Origin: Clostridia bacterium
GTDB lineage: Bacteria > Bacillota > Clostridia > Oscillospirales > CAG-382
Reading direction: 5' to 3'
NCBI GenBank assembly: GCA_017625615.1
Contig: JAGAKP010000014.1
Location: 10,326-74,325 of the forward strand
Length of the DNA: 64,000 nt
The translations under genes were made by a program, and so were the position numbers. This document shows positions 1 to 9,347 of the stretch, piece after piece. The notes beneath the pieces are model-generated. The model was not told the origin of the DNA and did no database searches. It was given only the letters and a program-made list of their open reading frames with translations. Positions within the stretch are counted from its first letter, which is position 1; each line of letters opens with the position of its first letter.

Positions 1-52
1 GAGAGCACTTGCCGACGCAGGAGATATCCTGCACGGTTACTATTCTTTTCAT
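1..52 (-). CDS. pdxK: Pyridoxal/pyridoxamine kinase, 5' end only (runs off the window edge)
   Basis: Not in ORF track. ATG at 52 reads MKRIVTVQDISCVGKCS, matching the N-terminus of clostridial pyridoxamine kinases (QDISCxGKCSL). Confidence 0.75.
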   Translation of the reverse strand, partial: MKRIVTVQDISCVGKCS

Positions 53-59
53 TATGGGA

Positions 60-611
60 TCACTTGCTTTCTATGGTATAAAAAAATGGCGAAATGGGAG
101 AATTAAGTATTCGGAAGCAGGCGCAGCAATATTTGCGGCGGTTATATTCGGCAAGCATTTCTGCCAGCATATTGCCTTCAACAGTGCCCTCGTCGTGACC
201 GGGATACACCGCTATAAGCAGGATACCGTCGGGAGCAAGCATATTTATGGCTTTCTCCACAGCCACGCGGGTGGTCTGATGAAGGGTGGTTATCTTTTTA
301 TCGCTTCCGGGAAGATAACCGAGATTAAACACTCCCGCCTTTATGGGAGTATCTATATATTTGTCACATTCGGAGTGGGAATCCAGAATAAGGGTGTAAT
401 TACGGCTTACCGCTTCCCTTTCCAGAAGCTCTCTCGTGCTTTCAAGAGCCTGAGGCTGAATATCAAAGGCGTAGACCCTGCCGTTCTTGCCAACGGTATT
501 GGAAAGCCAGAGGGTATCGTGTCCGTTACCCATAGTGAAATCGGCAACGGTATCGCCCTCGCCGATGTGACGGAGCAAAAAGCTTTTTTGTAATTCCAGA
601 AGATCGGTCAT
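60..611 (-). CDS. SAM-dependent methyltransferase, YtqB/MnmM family
   Basis: Motifs DFTMGNGHDT, YAFDIQ, FNLGYLPGSDK and VYPGH are typical of YtqB-like methyltransferases. Confidence 0.85.
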   Translation of the reverse strand: MTDLLELQKSFLLRHIGEGDTVADFTMGNGHDTLWLSNTVGKNGRVYAFDIQPQALESTRELLEREAVSRNYTLILDSHSECDKYIDTPIKAGVFNLGYLPGSDKKITTLHQTTRVAVEKAINMLAPDGILLIAVYPGHDEGTVEGNMLAEMLAEYNRRKYCCACFRILNSPISPFFYTIESK

Positions 612-1399
612 TATTTACCTGCCCTTCTTCGTCTTTCGTCACGGTTGGCGGGATGGGCGAAATACACGCCGATAATACCGCCCGCAACGATAATCGCTAC
701 GGGAACGAGCCATTTATAGGAGCGTTTTTTGGGCTGCACTTCCTCTTCCTCGGACTCCTCGCTCGTTTCGGGTGCGATGGTGGGAATATCGCCGTTTATT
801 TTCTTTGCAACGGTCTTTCCCAAAAAGCGCACGCCCGCGGAGGTCAGCTTTTCACCTGCGTATTCGGGGTTCAAGGTACCCTCCTCGGTAAGCATTGCGG
901 AGTAAACGTCCACAAAGCTGAGGCGGTAAATGGAGAGGCAGTATTCGCTTAAGCGGGTATTTATCTCCGCAGTATTATCACCGATAACGGCAGAGACGAA
1001 GTAAATATCGGCACCGCTTAAGGTCTGCGCAAGCGATTGTGCGAAAAGCAAGACCGACTCGGGGTCATCCTTTCCGTCAACACAGTAGACCACCGCCTTG
1101 GGAGAAAGGGTGGACAGATAATTCACGCCCGTGCTCCAATCCGCAGACAGGGTATTCTCTACGGTGATTATCCTTGCAGTTTCGGGGTACATATCGAAAA
1201 CGAAATCGCGCCACAAAGCCGAAGTGTTTCCGCCGATAAGCAGTATCGCGCCGCGGGGTGTGGCGGAAAGTGAATCGCGAAGGGCGGCTTCAACGGGTGT
1301 CTCCTCCTTGATGACAGAGGAAGCTTCACTTTCCTCCGCAAAGGTCTTTAAGGGCATAAGCATTAAAAGCAAAAGGAGGAAAACCGCTATTTTTTTCAT
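611..1399 (-). CDS. Secreted SGNH/GDSL-fold protein with C-terminal membrane anchor (probably catalytically degenerate)
   Basis: Signal peptide; block pattern ILLIGG..W / PKAVVYC / IYFVS / SFVDVYSAML resembles SGNH hydrolases; C-terminal TM followed by a basic tail. Confidence 0.55.
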   Translation of the reverse strand: MKKIAVFLLLLLMLMPLKTFAEESEASSVIKEETPVEAALRDSLSATPRGAILLIGGNTSALWRDFVFDMYPETARIITVENTLSADWSTGVNYLSTLSPKAVVYCVDGKDDPESVLLFAQSLAQTLSGADIYFVSAVIGDNTAEINTRLSEYCLSIYRLSFVDVYSAMLTEEGTLNPEYAGEKLTSAGVRFLGKTVAKKINGDIPTIAPETSEESEEEEVQPKKRSYKWLVPVAIIVAGGIIGVYFAHPANRDERRRRAGK

Positions 1400-2607
1400 T
1401 TATACATCCTTTCAAGGTTGGCGGCGATGGCGGAGATAAACTCATCCATATATACGCCGCGCTTGTTTTCGAGGTTGGACAGACCTATAAGGTCCTTTGT
1501 CATAATGCCCGATTCAACGGTTTGTATGCAGGCATTTTCAAGGTTATCCGCAAAGGTCATAAGGTCGGAAATACCGTCCAATTCCCCTCTCTTGCGCAAA
1601 GCGCCCGTCCACGCGAAAATGGTGGCGATGGGGTTGGTGGAGGTAGGCTCGCCCTTGAGATGCTTATAATAATGGCGGGTGACCGTACCGTGAGCGGCTT
1701 CGTATTCGTAGGAGCCGTCGGGCGCAACGAGAACGCTGGTCATAAGGCCCAGAGAGCCGAAGGCGGTAGCCATCATATCCGACATAACGTCGCCGTCGTA
1801 ATTTTTGCAAGCCCAGATAAAGCCGCCCTCGGAGCGGATAACGCGGGCAACGGCATCGTCGATAAGAGTATAGAAATAGGTTATACCCTTTTCCTCAAAG
1901 GCTTCCTTGTATTCGTTTTCGTACACCTCTGCGAAAATATCGCGGAAGCGGCGGTCGTATATCTTGGAAATGGTGTCCTTTGCGCTGAACCAAAGGTCCT
2001 GCTTTGTATCCAAAGCAAAAGCAAAGCAGCTGTGAGCGAAGGCGCGGATGCTGTCGTCAAGGTTGTAAACCTCCTGAACGATACCGTCGCACTCAAAGGT
2101 GTGAAGGTCAACGCGCTTTTCGCTTCCGTCGGGGAGAGTGACGCATATCTGCGCCTTGCTTCCTGCGGGAACGAGGGTTTCGGACGCCTTATAGATATCG
2201 CCGTATGCGTGGCGGGCGATGGTTATAGGCTTTTTCCAGCTGCTGACGTAGGGAACGATACCCTTAACGATAATGGGAGCGCGGAACACGGTGCCGTCCA
2301 TAATAGCGCGGATGGTGCCGTTGGGGCTTTTCCACATTTGGGAAAGGTTGTATTCCTTTACTCTGTCTGCGTTGGGGGTAATGGTAGCGCACTTTACCGC
2401 AACGCCGTATTTCTTTGCGGCGTATGCGGAATCGATAGTGACCTGATCCTTTGTTTCCTCGCGGTGAGGAAGACCGAGATCGTAATATTCGGTCTTTAAA
2501 TCAACGTAAGGGCAGATAAGCTGTTCTTTTATTTTGCCCCACATTACGCGGGTCATTTCGTCGCCATCCATCTCTACGAGAGGGGTGGTCATTCTTATCT
2601 TGTTCAT
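1396..2607 (-). CDS. icd: NADP-dependent isocitrate dehydrogenase
   Basis: VEMDGDEMTR, KCATITP, WKSPNGTIR, ACKNYDGDV, EAAHGTVTRHY motifs. Confidence 0.97.
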   Translation of the reverse strand: MNKIRMTTPLVEMDGDEMTRVMWGKIKEQLICPYVDLKTEYYDLGLPHREETKDQVTIDSAYAAKKYGVAVKCATITPNADRVKEYNLSQMWKSPNGTIRAIMDGTVFRAPIIVKGIVPYVSSWKKPITIARHAYGDIYKASETLVPAGSKAQICVTLPDGSEKRVDLHTFECDGIVQEVYNLDDSIRAFAHSCFAFALDTKQDLWFSAKDTISKIYDRRFRDIFAEVYENEYKEAFEEKGITYFYTLIDDAVARVIRSEGGFIWACKNYDGDVMSDMMATAFGSLGLMTSVLVAPDGSYEYEAAHGTVTRHYYKHLKGEPTSTNPIATIFAWTGALRKRGELDGISDLMTFADNLENACIQTVESGIMTKDLIGLSNLENKRGVYMDEFISAIAANLERMYK

Positions 2608-4517
2608 TTGCTTCCTCCTGTATAAGGGAGTAATCCGCCTGCCTTGAGAAGCGCCTTCTGACGGTCTGAGAAGGAGGCGACCAGAGGAATAGTATTTTCG
2701 CCAACCGTAAGGGTAGCGGAGGAAAGGTCGTCCGCAAGGGTGATAACCGTGTTATCGCCGAGAGATACCTTTTCGTAATCCTCGCTGCTTTGGAAGGTAA
2801 GAGGAACTATACCTGCGTTTATAAGGTTTGCAAGGTGGATACGTGCAAAGGATACCGCAACCACAGCCTTTACGCCGAGGTAAAGAGGTACCAAGGCGGC
2901 GTGCTCACGGGAGGAGCCCTGACCGTAGTTTGCACCTGCAACGATAATACCGCCGTTCTTTTCCGTTGCTCTTGCGGAGAATTTCTCGTCGCAAGCGGCA
3001 AAGCAGAACTTGGAAAGATAAGGTATATTGGAGCGGTACGGAAGTATCTTTGCGCCTGCAGGCATAATATGGTCGGTGGTGATATTGTCGCCAACCTTAA
3101 GTATACATTCGCCCTCTATTTTACCCTCAAGAGGCTTGCCTACGGGAACGGGCTTTATATTGGGGCCGCGGAGGATCTCCACCTTTTCGCTTTCCTCGGG
3201 AGTATAGGGAGGAATGAGCATATTATCGTTTATGCTGAAATGTTCCGGCATTTTAATTTCGGGCATATCACCCAAAGTTCTGGGGTCGGTAATATATCCC
3301 GTAACGGCGGACGCCGCCGCAACTGCGGGGGAAACCAAATATACCTGTCCGTCTGCAGTGCCGCTTCTGCCGCAGAAATTGCGGTTGAAGGTACGGAGAG
3401 ATACACCGCCCGAGCAGGGGGACTGTCCCATACCGATACAAGGACCGCAGGCAGATTCAAGAAGTCTTGCGCCTGCGCCGAGGATATCACCCATTGCGCC
3501 CGATGCAACTGCCATTGAAAGCACCTGACGGGAGCCGGGAGAAACTGCGAGAGAAACGTTCTCGTGAACGGTCTTGCCCTTTAAAACTGCCGCCGCAAGA
3601 GAAATATCGGTAAAGGAAGAATTGGTGCAGGAGCCGATACATACCTGATCCACCTTGATATGACCAAGCTCGGATACGGGGATTACGTTATCGGGGCTGT
3701 GAGGACAAGCGGCGAGAGGAACGAGAGAGGAAAGGTCTACCTCAACTATCTCGTCGTATACTGCGCCCTCGTCTGCGGAAAGAGGAACGTACGCTTGCTC
3801 TCTTCCCTGCGCTTTAAGGAATTGATAGGTATTTTCGTCGGAGGGGAATATGCTGGTTGTTGCGCCAAGCTCTGCGCCCATATTGGTTACGGTAGCGCGC
3901 TCGGGCACGGAAAGAGTTTTTACTCCCTCGCCGAAATATTCGAATATTTTGCCTACGCCGCCTTTAACGGTAAGGCGGGAGAGGAGGTGGAGGATTATAT
4001 CCTTTGCGCCTACCCAAGCGGGAAGTGCGCCCGTAAGGTGAACGCCCACTACCTTGGGATATGGTATGCGGTATTCGCCGCCGCCCATTGCAACAGCAAC
4101 GTCAAGACCGCCTGCGCCGAAGGCAAGCATACCGATGCCGCCACCCGTGGGGGTGTGGCTGTCGGAGCCGATAAGTGTCTTTCCGGGCACGCCGAAGCGT
4201 TCAAGGTGAACCTGATGGCAGATACCGTTACCGGGGCGGGAGAAATACAAGCCGTATTTTGCCGCGCAGGACTGGATATAACGGTGATCGTCGGCGTTCT
4301 CGAAGCCCGACTGAAGGGTGTTATGGTCGATATAGGCAACGGAAAGCTCAGTCTTTACTCTGCCGGAGTTCATAGCCTCGTATTCCAGATAAGCCATGGT
4401 GCCCGTAGCGTCCTGAGTGAGAGTCTGATCTATACGCAGAGCAACCTCGTTACCGGGCGCGGGTGTGCCCGAAACGAGATGTGCGTGAATTAATTTTTGT
4501 GCAAGTGTAAGCGCCAT
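2604..4517 (-). CDS. acn: Aconitate hydratase (short clostridial type)
   Basis: TQDATGTMA, GICHQ, GSDSHT, IGSCTN, CGPCIG, NYGQGSSREHAA motifs; translationally coupled to icd. Confidence 0.93.
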   Translation of the reverse strand: MALTLAQKLIHAHLVSGTPAPGNEVALRIDQTLTQDATGTMAYLEYEAMNSGRVKTELSVAYIDHNTLQSGFENADDHRYIQSCAAKYGLYFSRPGNGICHQVHLERFGVPGKTLIGSDSHTPTGGGIGMLAFGAGGLDVAVAMGGGEYRIPYPKVVGVHLTGALPAWVGAKDIILHLLSRLTVKGGVGKIFEYFGEGVKTLSVPERATVTNMGAELGATTSIFPSDENTYQFLKAQGREQAYVPLSADEGAVYDEIVEVDLSSLVPLAACPHSPDNVIPVSELGHIKVDQVCIGSCTNSSFTDISLAAAVLKGKTVHENVSLAVSPGSRQVLSMAVASGAMGDILGAGARLLESACGPCIGMGQSPCSGGVSLRTFNRNFCGRSGTADGQVYLVSPAVAAASAVTGYITDPRTLGDMPEIKMPEHFSINDNMLIPPYTPEESEKVEILRGPNIKPVPVGKPLEGKIEGECILKVGDNITTDHIMPAGAKILPYRSNIPYLSKFCFAACDEKFSARATEKNGGIIVAGANYGQGSSREHAALVPLYLGVKAVVAVSFARIHLANLINAGIVPLTFQSSEDYEKVSLGDNTVITLADDLSSATLTVGENTIPLVASFSDRQKALLKAGGLLPYTGGSK

Positions 4518-4520
4518 TTT

Positions 4521-5276
4521 CTATTTCTCCTCTGAGGAAACAAGATCCTTCATAGTGTAAAAGCCGTTTTTCTTATCGGCAATAAATTCCGCCGCACGGA
4601 GAGCGCCGTATGCAAACAGACCTCTGTCGTGTGCGCGGTGGGTAACGGATATGGTTTCGTGCTGACCGATTATCATTACGGTGTGCTCACCGATAACGCC
4701 GCCGCCTCTTACGGAATGAATGCCGATCTCCTTTTTGGGACGGGAAGCGCGGCGGGAAGCGCGCTCGTACACGTATTCCCTTTCGCCGATAGCGTTTTGT
4801 ATCTCGTCGGCAAGCATCAAAGCCGTGCCGGAGGGTGCGTCAAGCTTGGCGGAATGGTGAGTTTCGATTATCTCGATATCAAAATCCCCGCCCATATCAA
4901 GTGCGATATCCGCAACCGCCTTTGCGGTAACGGAAACGCCTACGGACATATTGCCCGAATTGAAAATGGGGATCTTTTTAGAAGCTTCAAGAATACTCGC
5001 TCTTTGCTCCTTGGTGTATCCCGTGGTGGCAAGGACGAGGGGAATACTATTCTCCACGCCGAACTCAAGCACGCCTTCAAGAGCGGATGCGGTGGTGAAA
5101 TCTATGACCACGCCGCAGGGAGAGGGGATATCTTTTAAGGCAGTGTACACGGGAAAATCCGCTTCCGCAGGGAAAATATCGACACCGCAAAGAATATTTA
5201 TACCTTTTTCGGCACTTTGCGCGGCAATGGCTTTGCCCATTCTGCCGCCGCAGCCGTTTATTATGATTCCTGTCAT
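4521..5276 (-). CDS. dapB: 4-hydroxy-tetrahydrodipicolinate reductase
   Basis: GCGGRMG nucleotide-binding motif; ETHHSAKLDAPSGTA. Confidence 0.96.
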   Translation of the reverse strand: MTGIIINGCGGRMGKAIAAQSAEKGINILCGVDIFPAEADFPVYTALKDIPSPCGVVIDFTTASALEGVLEFGVENSIPLVLATTGYTKEQRASILEASKKIPIFNSGNMSVGVSVTAKAVADIALDMGGDFDIEIIETHHSAKLDAPSGTALMLADEIQNAIGEREYVYERASRRASRPKKEIGIHSVRGGGVIGEHTVMIIGQHETISVTHRAHDRGLFAYGALRAAEFIADKKNGFYTMKDLVSSEEK

Positions 5277-5310
5277 TTACACGTACTCCGTAAAGGGAAA
5301 ATTTTAAAAA

Positions 5311-6204
5311 TTAAAGTACCTCTGCCGCCTTCATTACGCCGCGGAGCTTTTCAAGATCCTCACCCTCCATAGGAACGAGAGGCAGACGGATCTCGGGCGA
5401 GCAAAGTCCGAGAGAGGAGCAAGCCGCCTTAACGGGAATGGGGTTGACGGTGGTAAACATAGCGTCCATAAGAGGAGCGTATTTACGGCGGAGAAGGTTT
5501 GCGGTGGCAAAATCACCCTCCAGAGCCTTGCGGATAAGATCGGAAAACTCTGCGGGAATAACGTTGGAAACGGTGGAAATTACACCGATGGCACCGCAAG
5601 CGATAAGAGGAAGAGCCTGATCGTCGTTACCGGAATAAACGCGCATACTGTCACCGCAGGTGTCCATAAGACGCATTATAGCGGAAATATCGCCGCTGGC
5701 TTCCTTGGCAGCAACTATATTGGGATGCTCTGCCATAGCCTTATAAGCCTTGAGAGATATGTTCATACCCGTGCGGGAGGGCACGTTGTAAAGAATAACG
5801 GGCTTATCGGAAGCGTCCGCAATAGCGTAATAATGCTTTACAAGTCCTGCCTCGTTGGTCTTGTTATAATAAGGGGTGACTACCAGCAGACCGTCTGCGC
5901 CTGCACGGCAAGCGTCGCGGGAAAGAGAAACCGCATAGTCGGTATCGTTACTGCCGGTGCCCGCAACTATGGGAACTCTGCCTGCGGATACGGTTACTGC
6001 GTGCTCGATAACACAGCGGTGCTCGTCGTCCTGAAGAGTAGAGCTTTCACCGGTGGTACCGCAGATAATGAGAGCCTCCACGCCTGCGGCGATCTGGCGT
6101 TCTATAAGAGAAGTAAGCGCAAAATAATCTACCTTACCGTCCTTGAAGGGGGTAATAAGCGCCGTACCTGTGCCTTTGAATATGATTGATTTATTAGTGC
6201 TCAT
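5311..6204 (-). CDS. dapA: 4-hydroxy-tetrahydrodipicolinate synthase
   Basis: GTTGES, YNVPSRTG, KEASGD, NPIPVK motifs. Start trimmed to ATG 6204, which lies downstream of the promoter. Confidence 0.96.
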   Translation of the reverse strand: MSTNKSIIFKGTGTALITPFKDGKVDYFALTSLIERQIAAGVEALIICGTTGESSTLQDDEHRCVIEHAVTVSAGRVPIVAGTGSNDTDYAVSLSRDACRAGADGLLVVTPYYNKTNEAGLVKHYYAIADASDKPVILYNVPSRTGMNISLKAYKAMAEHPNIVAAKEASGDISAIMRLMDTCGDSMRVYSGNDDQALPLIACGAIGVISTVSNVIPAEFSDLIRKALEGDFATANLLRRKYAPLMDAMFTTVNPIPVKAACSSLGLCSPEIRLPLVPMEGEDLEKLRGVMKAAEVL

Positions 6205-6247
6205 AATTATGCTCCAAACTTTATATAAAAATACTTTTGCGTTTATA

Positions 6248-6276
6248 ATTATACCACCGCAAAGCATAAATGTCAA
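6248..6276 (-). promoter_or_regulatory. sigma-A promoter for the dapA operon
   Basis: TTGACA-17bp-TATAAT on the minus strand with TGn extended -10. Confidence 0.85.
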
Positions 6277-6300
6277 CAAGTGCGGGCATTCCCTTACCCG

Positions 6301-6329
6301 TTGACACGAAGATTTTTTTGATATATAAT
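6301..6329 (+). promoter_or_regulatory. sigma-A promoter for the D-2-hydroxyacid dehydrogenase gene
   Basis: TTGACA(6301)-17bp-TATAAT(6324). Confidence 0.85.
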
Positions 6330-6359
6330 CTAACCGACCCAACAAACAAGGAGTACGAA

Positions 6360-7307
6360 ATGAAAATAACTGTTTTTGATATAGCGTACATTGGAACGGA
6401 TATTGATCTTTCCCCCATAACGAGCCTCGGCGAATGTGAGGTTTTTGAAGCCACCTCGGCAGACGAGGTGATTCCGCGCATTGCCGATACGGAGATAGCG
6501 GTGCTGAACAAGGTCAAAATGACTGCCGAGGTGCTTGAAAAGGCGCCCAAATTAAAGCTTATATGCGTTTCCGCCACGGGATTTGACAGTATCGACCTGG
6601 ATTACTGCCGTGCGCACGGTATCGGTGTTGCCAACGTGCCTGCATATTCAACCCACAGCGTTGCGGCAGTGACGGTGGCGACGGTGCTTGATCTGCTTAT
6701 CCATTTGCGTGAGTATTCGGATTTTGTGGCTGACGGAAGCTATACTTTGTCGGGCGCACCCAACAGACTTACGCCCGTATTCCACGATCTGTACGGCAAG
6801 ACCTGGGGAATTATCGGTTACGGAAACATAGGCAAAAAGGTGGCGGAGGTGGCGCGCGCCTTCGGATGCAGGGTATTGTATAATAAAAACACCCCCGACG
6901 GAACCGACGAATGTGTGGATACAGACACCCTGTGCAGGGAAAGCGATATCATTACCCTTCACTGCCCTCTCAACCAAGGCACGAGAGGGATAATAAATGA
7001 AGACAGAATAGCCCTTATGAAAAAAAGCGTTATTCTCGTTAATTCCGCACGGGGCGCCGTTTGTGACGAAAAAGCGGTGGCGGATGCGGTAAGGAACGGA
7101 AATATTGCCGCCTTCGGCTGTGACGTGTATTCAAGTGAGCCTTTTCCCATTTCCCATCCCTTTAATGATATTAAGTCCCTGCCCAACGTATGCCTTACTC
7201 CCCATATCGCATGGGCGTCTTACGAAGCAAGAGTAAGGGTAGTAAACGAAATGGCTGAAAATATAAAAGCATTTATGCAAGGAACAAAAAGAAACAGAGT
7301 TGAATAA
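6360..7307 (+). CDS. D-2-hydroxyacid dehydrogenase (glycerate dehydrogenase-like)
   Basis: GIIGYGNIG, LHCPL, VNSARG, DVY..EP, TPHIAW motifs; SD AAGGAG before ATG 6360. Confidence 0.92.
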   Translation: MKITVFDIAYIGTDIDLSPITSLGECEVFEATSADEVIPRIADTEIAVLNKVKMTAEVLEKAPKLKLICVSATGFDSIDLDYCRAHGIGVANVPAYSTHSVAAVTVATVLDLLIHLREYSDFVADGSYTLSGAPNRLTPVFHDLYGKTWGIIGYGNIGKKVAEVARAFGCRVLYNKNTPDGTDECVDTDTLCRESDIITLHCPLNQGTRGIINEDRIALMKKSVILVNSARGAVCDEKAVADAVRNGNIAAFGCDVYSSEPFPISHPFNDIKSLPNVCLTPHIAWASYEARVRVVNEMAENIKAFMQGTKRNRVE

Positions 7308-7314
7308 AAATATA

Positions 7315-7347
7315 CCCCAAGAAACCAACAGTTTCTTGGGGCTTTTT
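7315..7347 (+). terminator. Hairpin CCCCAAGAAAC/GTTTCTTGGGG plus T-tract (related to the CCCC-hairpin repeat family)
   Basis: 11-bp stem followed by CTTTTT just after the stop codon. Confidence 0.7.
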
Positions 7348-7368
7348 CGTAATACGTTTTGTATGTTG

Positions 7369-7393
7369 CGGGCGATTCGTGAATCGCCCCTAC
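7369..7393 (-). repeat. GTAG-type REP sequence, copy 1
   Basis: Reverse complement is GTAGGGGCGATTCACGAATCGCCCG; identical copy at 11898-11922. Confidence 0.85.
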
Positions 7394-7439
7394 GCAATCA
7401 AAAAAACTTTTGTGGGGGTAAACCTTTTGTGGGGTATCT

Positions 7440-8186
7440 TTAAAATTTGCCGCCTCTGCCGCCGTGGGAGCGTCCGCCGCCTCCGCCTCCGCTGCTGCCG
7501 CTTGAAATGGGCACGCGGGTAACGGTGGAATTGACGAACACGTCATTACTTTCCTTAATATCCAGACTTCCCTTTATGATATACTCGTTGGCGTTGGTCT
7601 GAAGGACTGCGGTGTTCATTTTGCGTTTTTCTATAAACACGATAAGAAGTGCTATCAAAAATGCGACGGGAACCACCACGCACATTGACAAAGCAAAGCC
7701 CATAACGAAATCCATAGCAGTGGGAACGTAAGGCCCCTCTGCCACGTAGCCCTCGCAAAGAGAAACGAAGGAGTGCATTGCGCCGTAATAATCGTCGTTA
7801 CCAAGCTGACCGCTTATCTGATCGAAGATATCGTCAAGGCGGTCGTCGGAAAGAGTTTCCATACAGCTTCCCGAGGTGCACATATACCAATCTCTGTCAT
7901 AAACGGAGATATAGAAAATAATTCCGTCGGGGGCGTAACCGCCGTTATCGTAATAATTTTCCACATACTCACGGATATCCGAAACGTAGGTGTCCTCAAG
8001 AAGCAAAACTATATCCACACCGTAGGTTTCGTATACGGAATCTATCATTTCGCCAAGACGCGCTTCCTCCGTATCCGTAAGCAGGTCTACTTTGTCGATA
8101 ACCTTTTCGCGGGACGCAAAGGCGTTTACCCCAAAGAGAGAGCAAAGAAGAATGACGGTTATAAATATAACTGTTACTTTTTTCAT
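7440..8186 (-). CDS. TPM-domain membrane protein (YdjH-like)
   Basis: Signal peptide, VIDKVDLLT..EE TPM start, DGIIFYI..DRDWYM, TM helix, Gly/Ser-rich tail ending HGGRGGKF. Confidence 0.88.
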   Translation of the reverse strand: MKKVTVIFITVILLCSLFGVNAFASREKVIDKVDLLTDTEEARLGEMIDSVYETYGVDIVLLLEDTYVSDIREYVENYYDNGGYAPDGIIFYISVYDRDWYMCTSGSCMETLSDDRLDDIFDQISGQLGNDDYYGAMHSFVSLCEGYVAEGPYVPTAMDFVMGFALSMCVVVPVAFLIALLIVFIEKRKMNTAVLQTNANEYIIKGSLDIKESNDVFVNSTVTRVPISSGSSGGGGGGRSHGGRGGKF

Positions 8187-8195
8187 ACCGCCACC

Positions 8196-9257
8196 TCACA
8201 GAAACAATGCTATTACCGCACCGATGGCGGTAAATATGCCCGTAAACATTGCCACGCGCTTCCAGAACTTGCCTTTATCCACGGGAAGGTCGCCTACCAT
8301 TTTGCCCGTCTGACCGTTCATTGCGAAGGTGTATATATTGCCCTTCCACTTGGTGTTGAGCATCCATACGGGAAGAAGGGCGAAGTGAACGTCGCCGTTG
8401 CTTATATCTATATCTCCATTTGCGCGGCTTACGGTAGAATAGCCGTGGACCGTATCGCGGAAGCTTTCCTCCACCGACGCCCTGGCGCGCTGAGCGACTC
8501 TTTCAAGGACGTCCTCGGAGGGAACGTCGTATCTGTCGGCAACGTAGCCCGAAAGGTACTGATTTGAATAGGGTATCATTTCCGAATAATCGTAGGGCTC
8601 TATGGATTCGGTATGGATCCCCTCCAGCTTGGTGGTGCCGTCCTCGGGGATATTGTCAAAGGCAACCGTGCCCGCGCGTATTACATTAAAATGGTCGGTA
8701 CGGGTGGTTAGATATTTTCCGTCGCTGAAGGTATTTACACGGGTGGCGTTATAGGTCACGGTGCCCGATGCGACGCAATCGCATATCCAATAAGGCACGT
8801 ACATTCCCGTTACCTTTTTAACGCGGTTATCCTTGGTAAAAGCATCGGGAAGGAGCTTTTTGCCCTTATACAGCTTTTCAAGAGCGGCAACGGCTTCCTC
8901 CTTGGTGACCTTGAAGGGGATGACGAAATCCGGCTTGAATTCGCCGTTGAGCCGCTGTGTAATTACCGTAGGGTTTCCGCAGAAGGGGCATTCGGTAGCG
9001 GCAGTGGTATCGTCACCCACTATCTCGCCGCCGCAGGAGGGACAGGAAAAGGACACGTAGCCGTCCTCGTGCACGTGCTCCTCGGGCGCTTCCGCGTTTT
9101 CACCCTCGTTATAGGCTTTTCCGCGGGTATCGTTGTTTTCCTTTACCTGCTCAACCGAAAAATGGCTGAGGCAGTAATCGCATTTCATATCTCCGCTTTT
9201 TGGGTCAAAGACCAGATAAGCGTTACAGTTCGGACATCTGTATTCCAACGTTTCCAA
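8196..9257 (-). CDS. Double zinc-ribbon membrane protein (YdjG-like)
   Basis: CPNC..CDYC and CPSC..CPFC ribbons, PDFVIPF, YVPYW, LLPVW, MNGQTGK, C-terminal TM; TTG start with GGAGG SD. Confidence 0.85.
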   Translation of the reverse strand: METLEYRCPNCNAYLVFDPKSGDMKCDYCLSHFSVEQVKENNDTRGKAYNEGENAEAPEEHVHEDGYVSFSCPSCGGEIVGDDTTAATECPFCGNPTVITQRLNGEFKPDFVIPFKVTKEEAVAALEKLYKGKKLLPDAFTKDNRVKKVTGMYVPYWICDCVASGTVTYNATRVNTFSDGKYLTTRTDHFNVIRAGTVAFDNIPEDGTTKLEGIHTESIEPYDYSEMIPYSNQYLSGYVADRYDVPSEDVLERVAQRARASVEESFRDTVHGYSTVSRANGDIDISNGDVHFALLPVWMLNTKWKGNIYTFAMNGQTGKMVGDLPVDKGKFWKRVAMFTGIFTAIGAVIALFL

Positions 9258-9287
9258 AAATATCCACCTCCGTGGTAATATATATTT

Positions 9288-9316
9288 ATTTTACCACAAC
9301 GAAAACCCAATGTAAA
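9288..9316 (-). promoter_or_regulatory. sigma-A promoter for the zinc-ribbon/TPM genes
   Basis: TTTACA-17bp-TAAAAT with TGn extension. Confidence 0.65.
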
Positions 9317-9347
9317 GAAAGGGACGCAAAAAAGCGCCCCTTTCTTT
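9314..9347 (-). terminator. Intrinsic terminator after the anti-sigma gene
   Basis: Inverted repeat AAAGAAAGGG.CGC / GCG.CCCTTTCTTT. Confidence 0.6.

Noticed and set aside
6205-6359. Extended N-termini of dapA and the dehydrogenase in the ORF track (overlapping head-to-head)
   Set aside because: The extensions run through two consensus promoters; the true starts are 6204 and 6360.
7307-7440. Clustered short repeats considered as a CRISPR remnant
   Set aside because: No regularly spaced repeat-spacer units and no cas genes; explained by a terminator plus REP-like elements.
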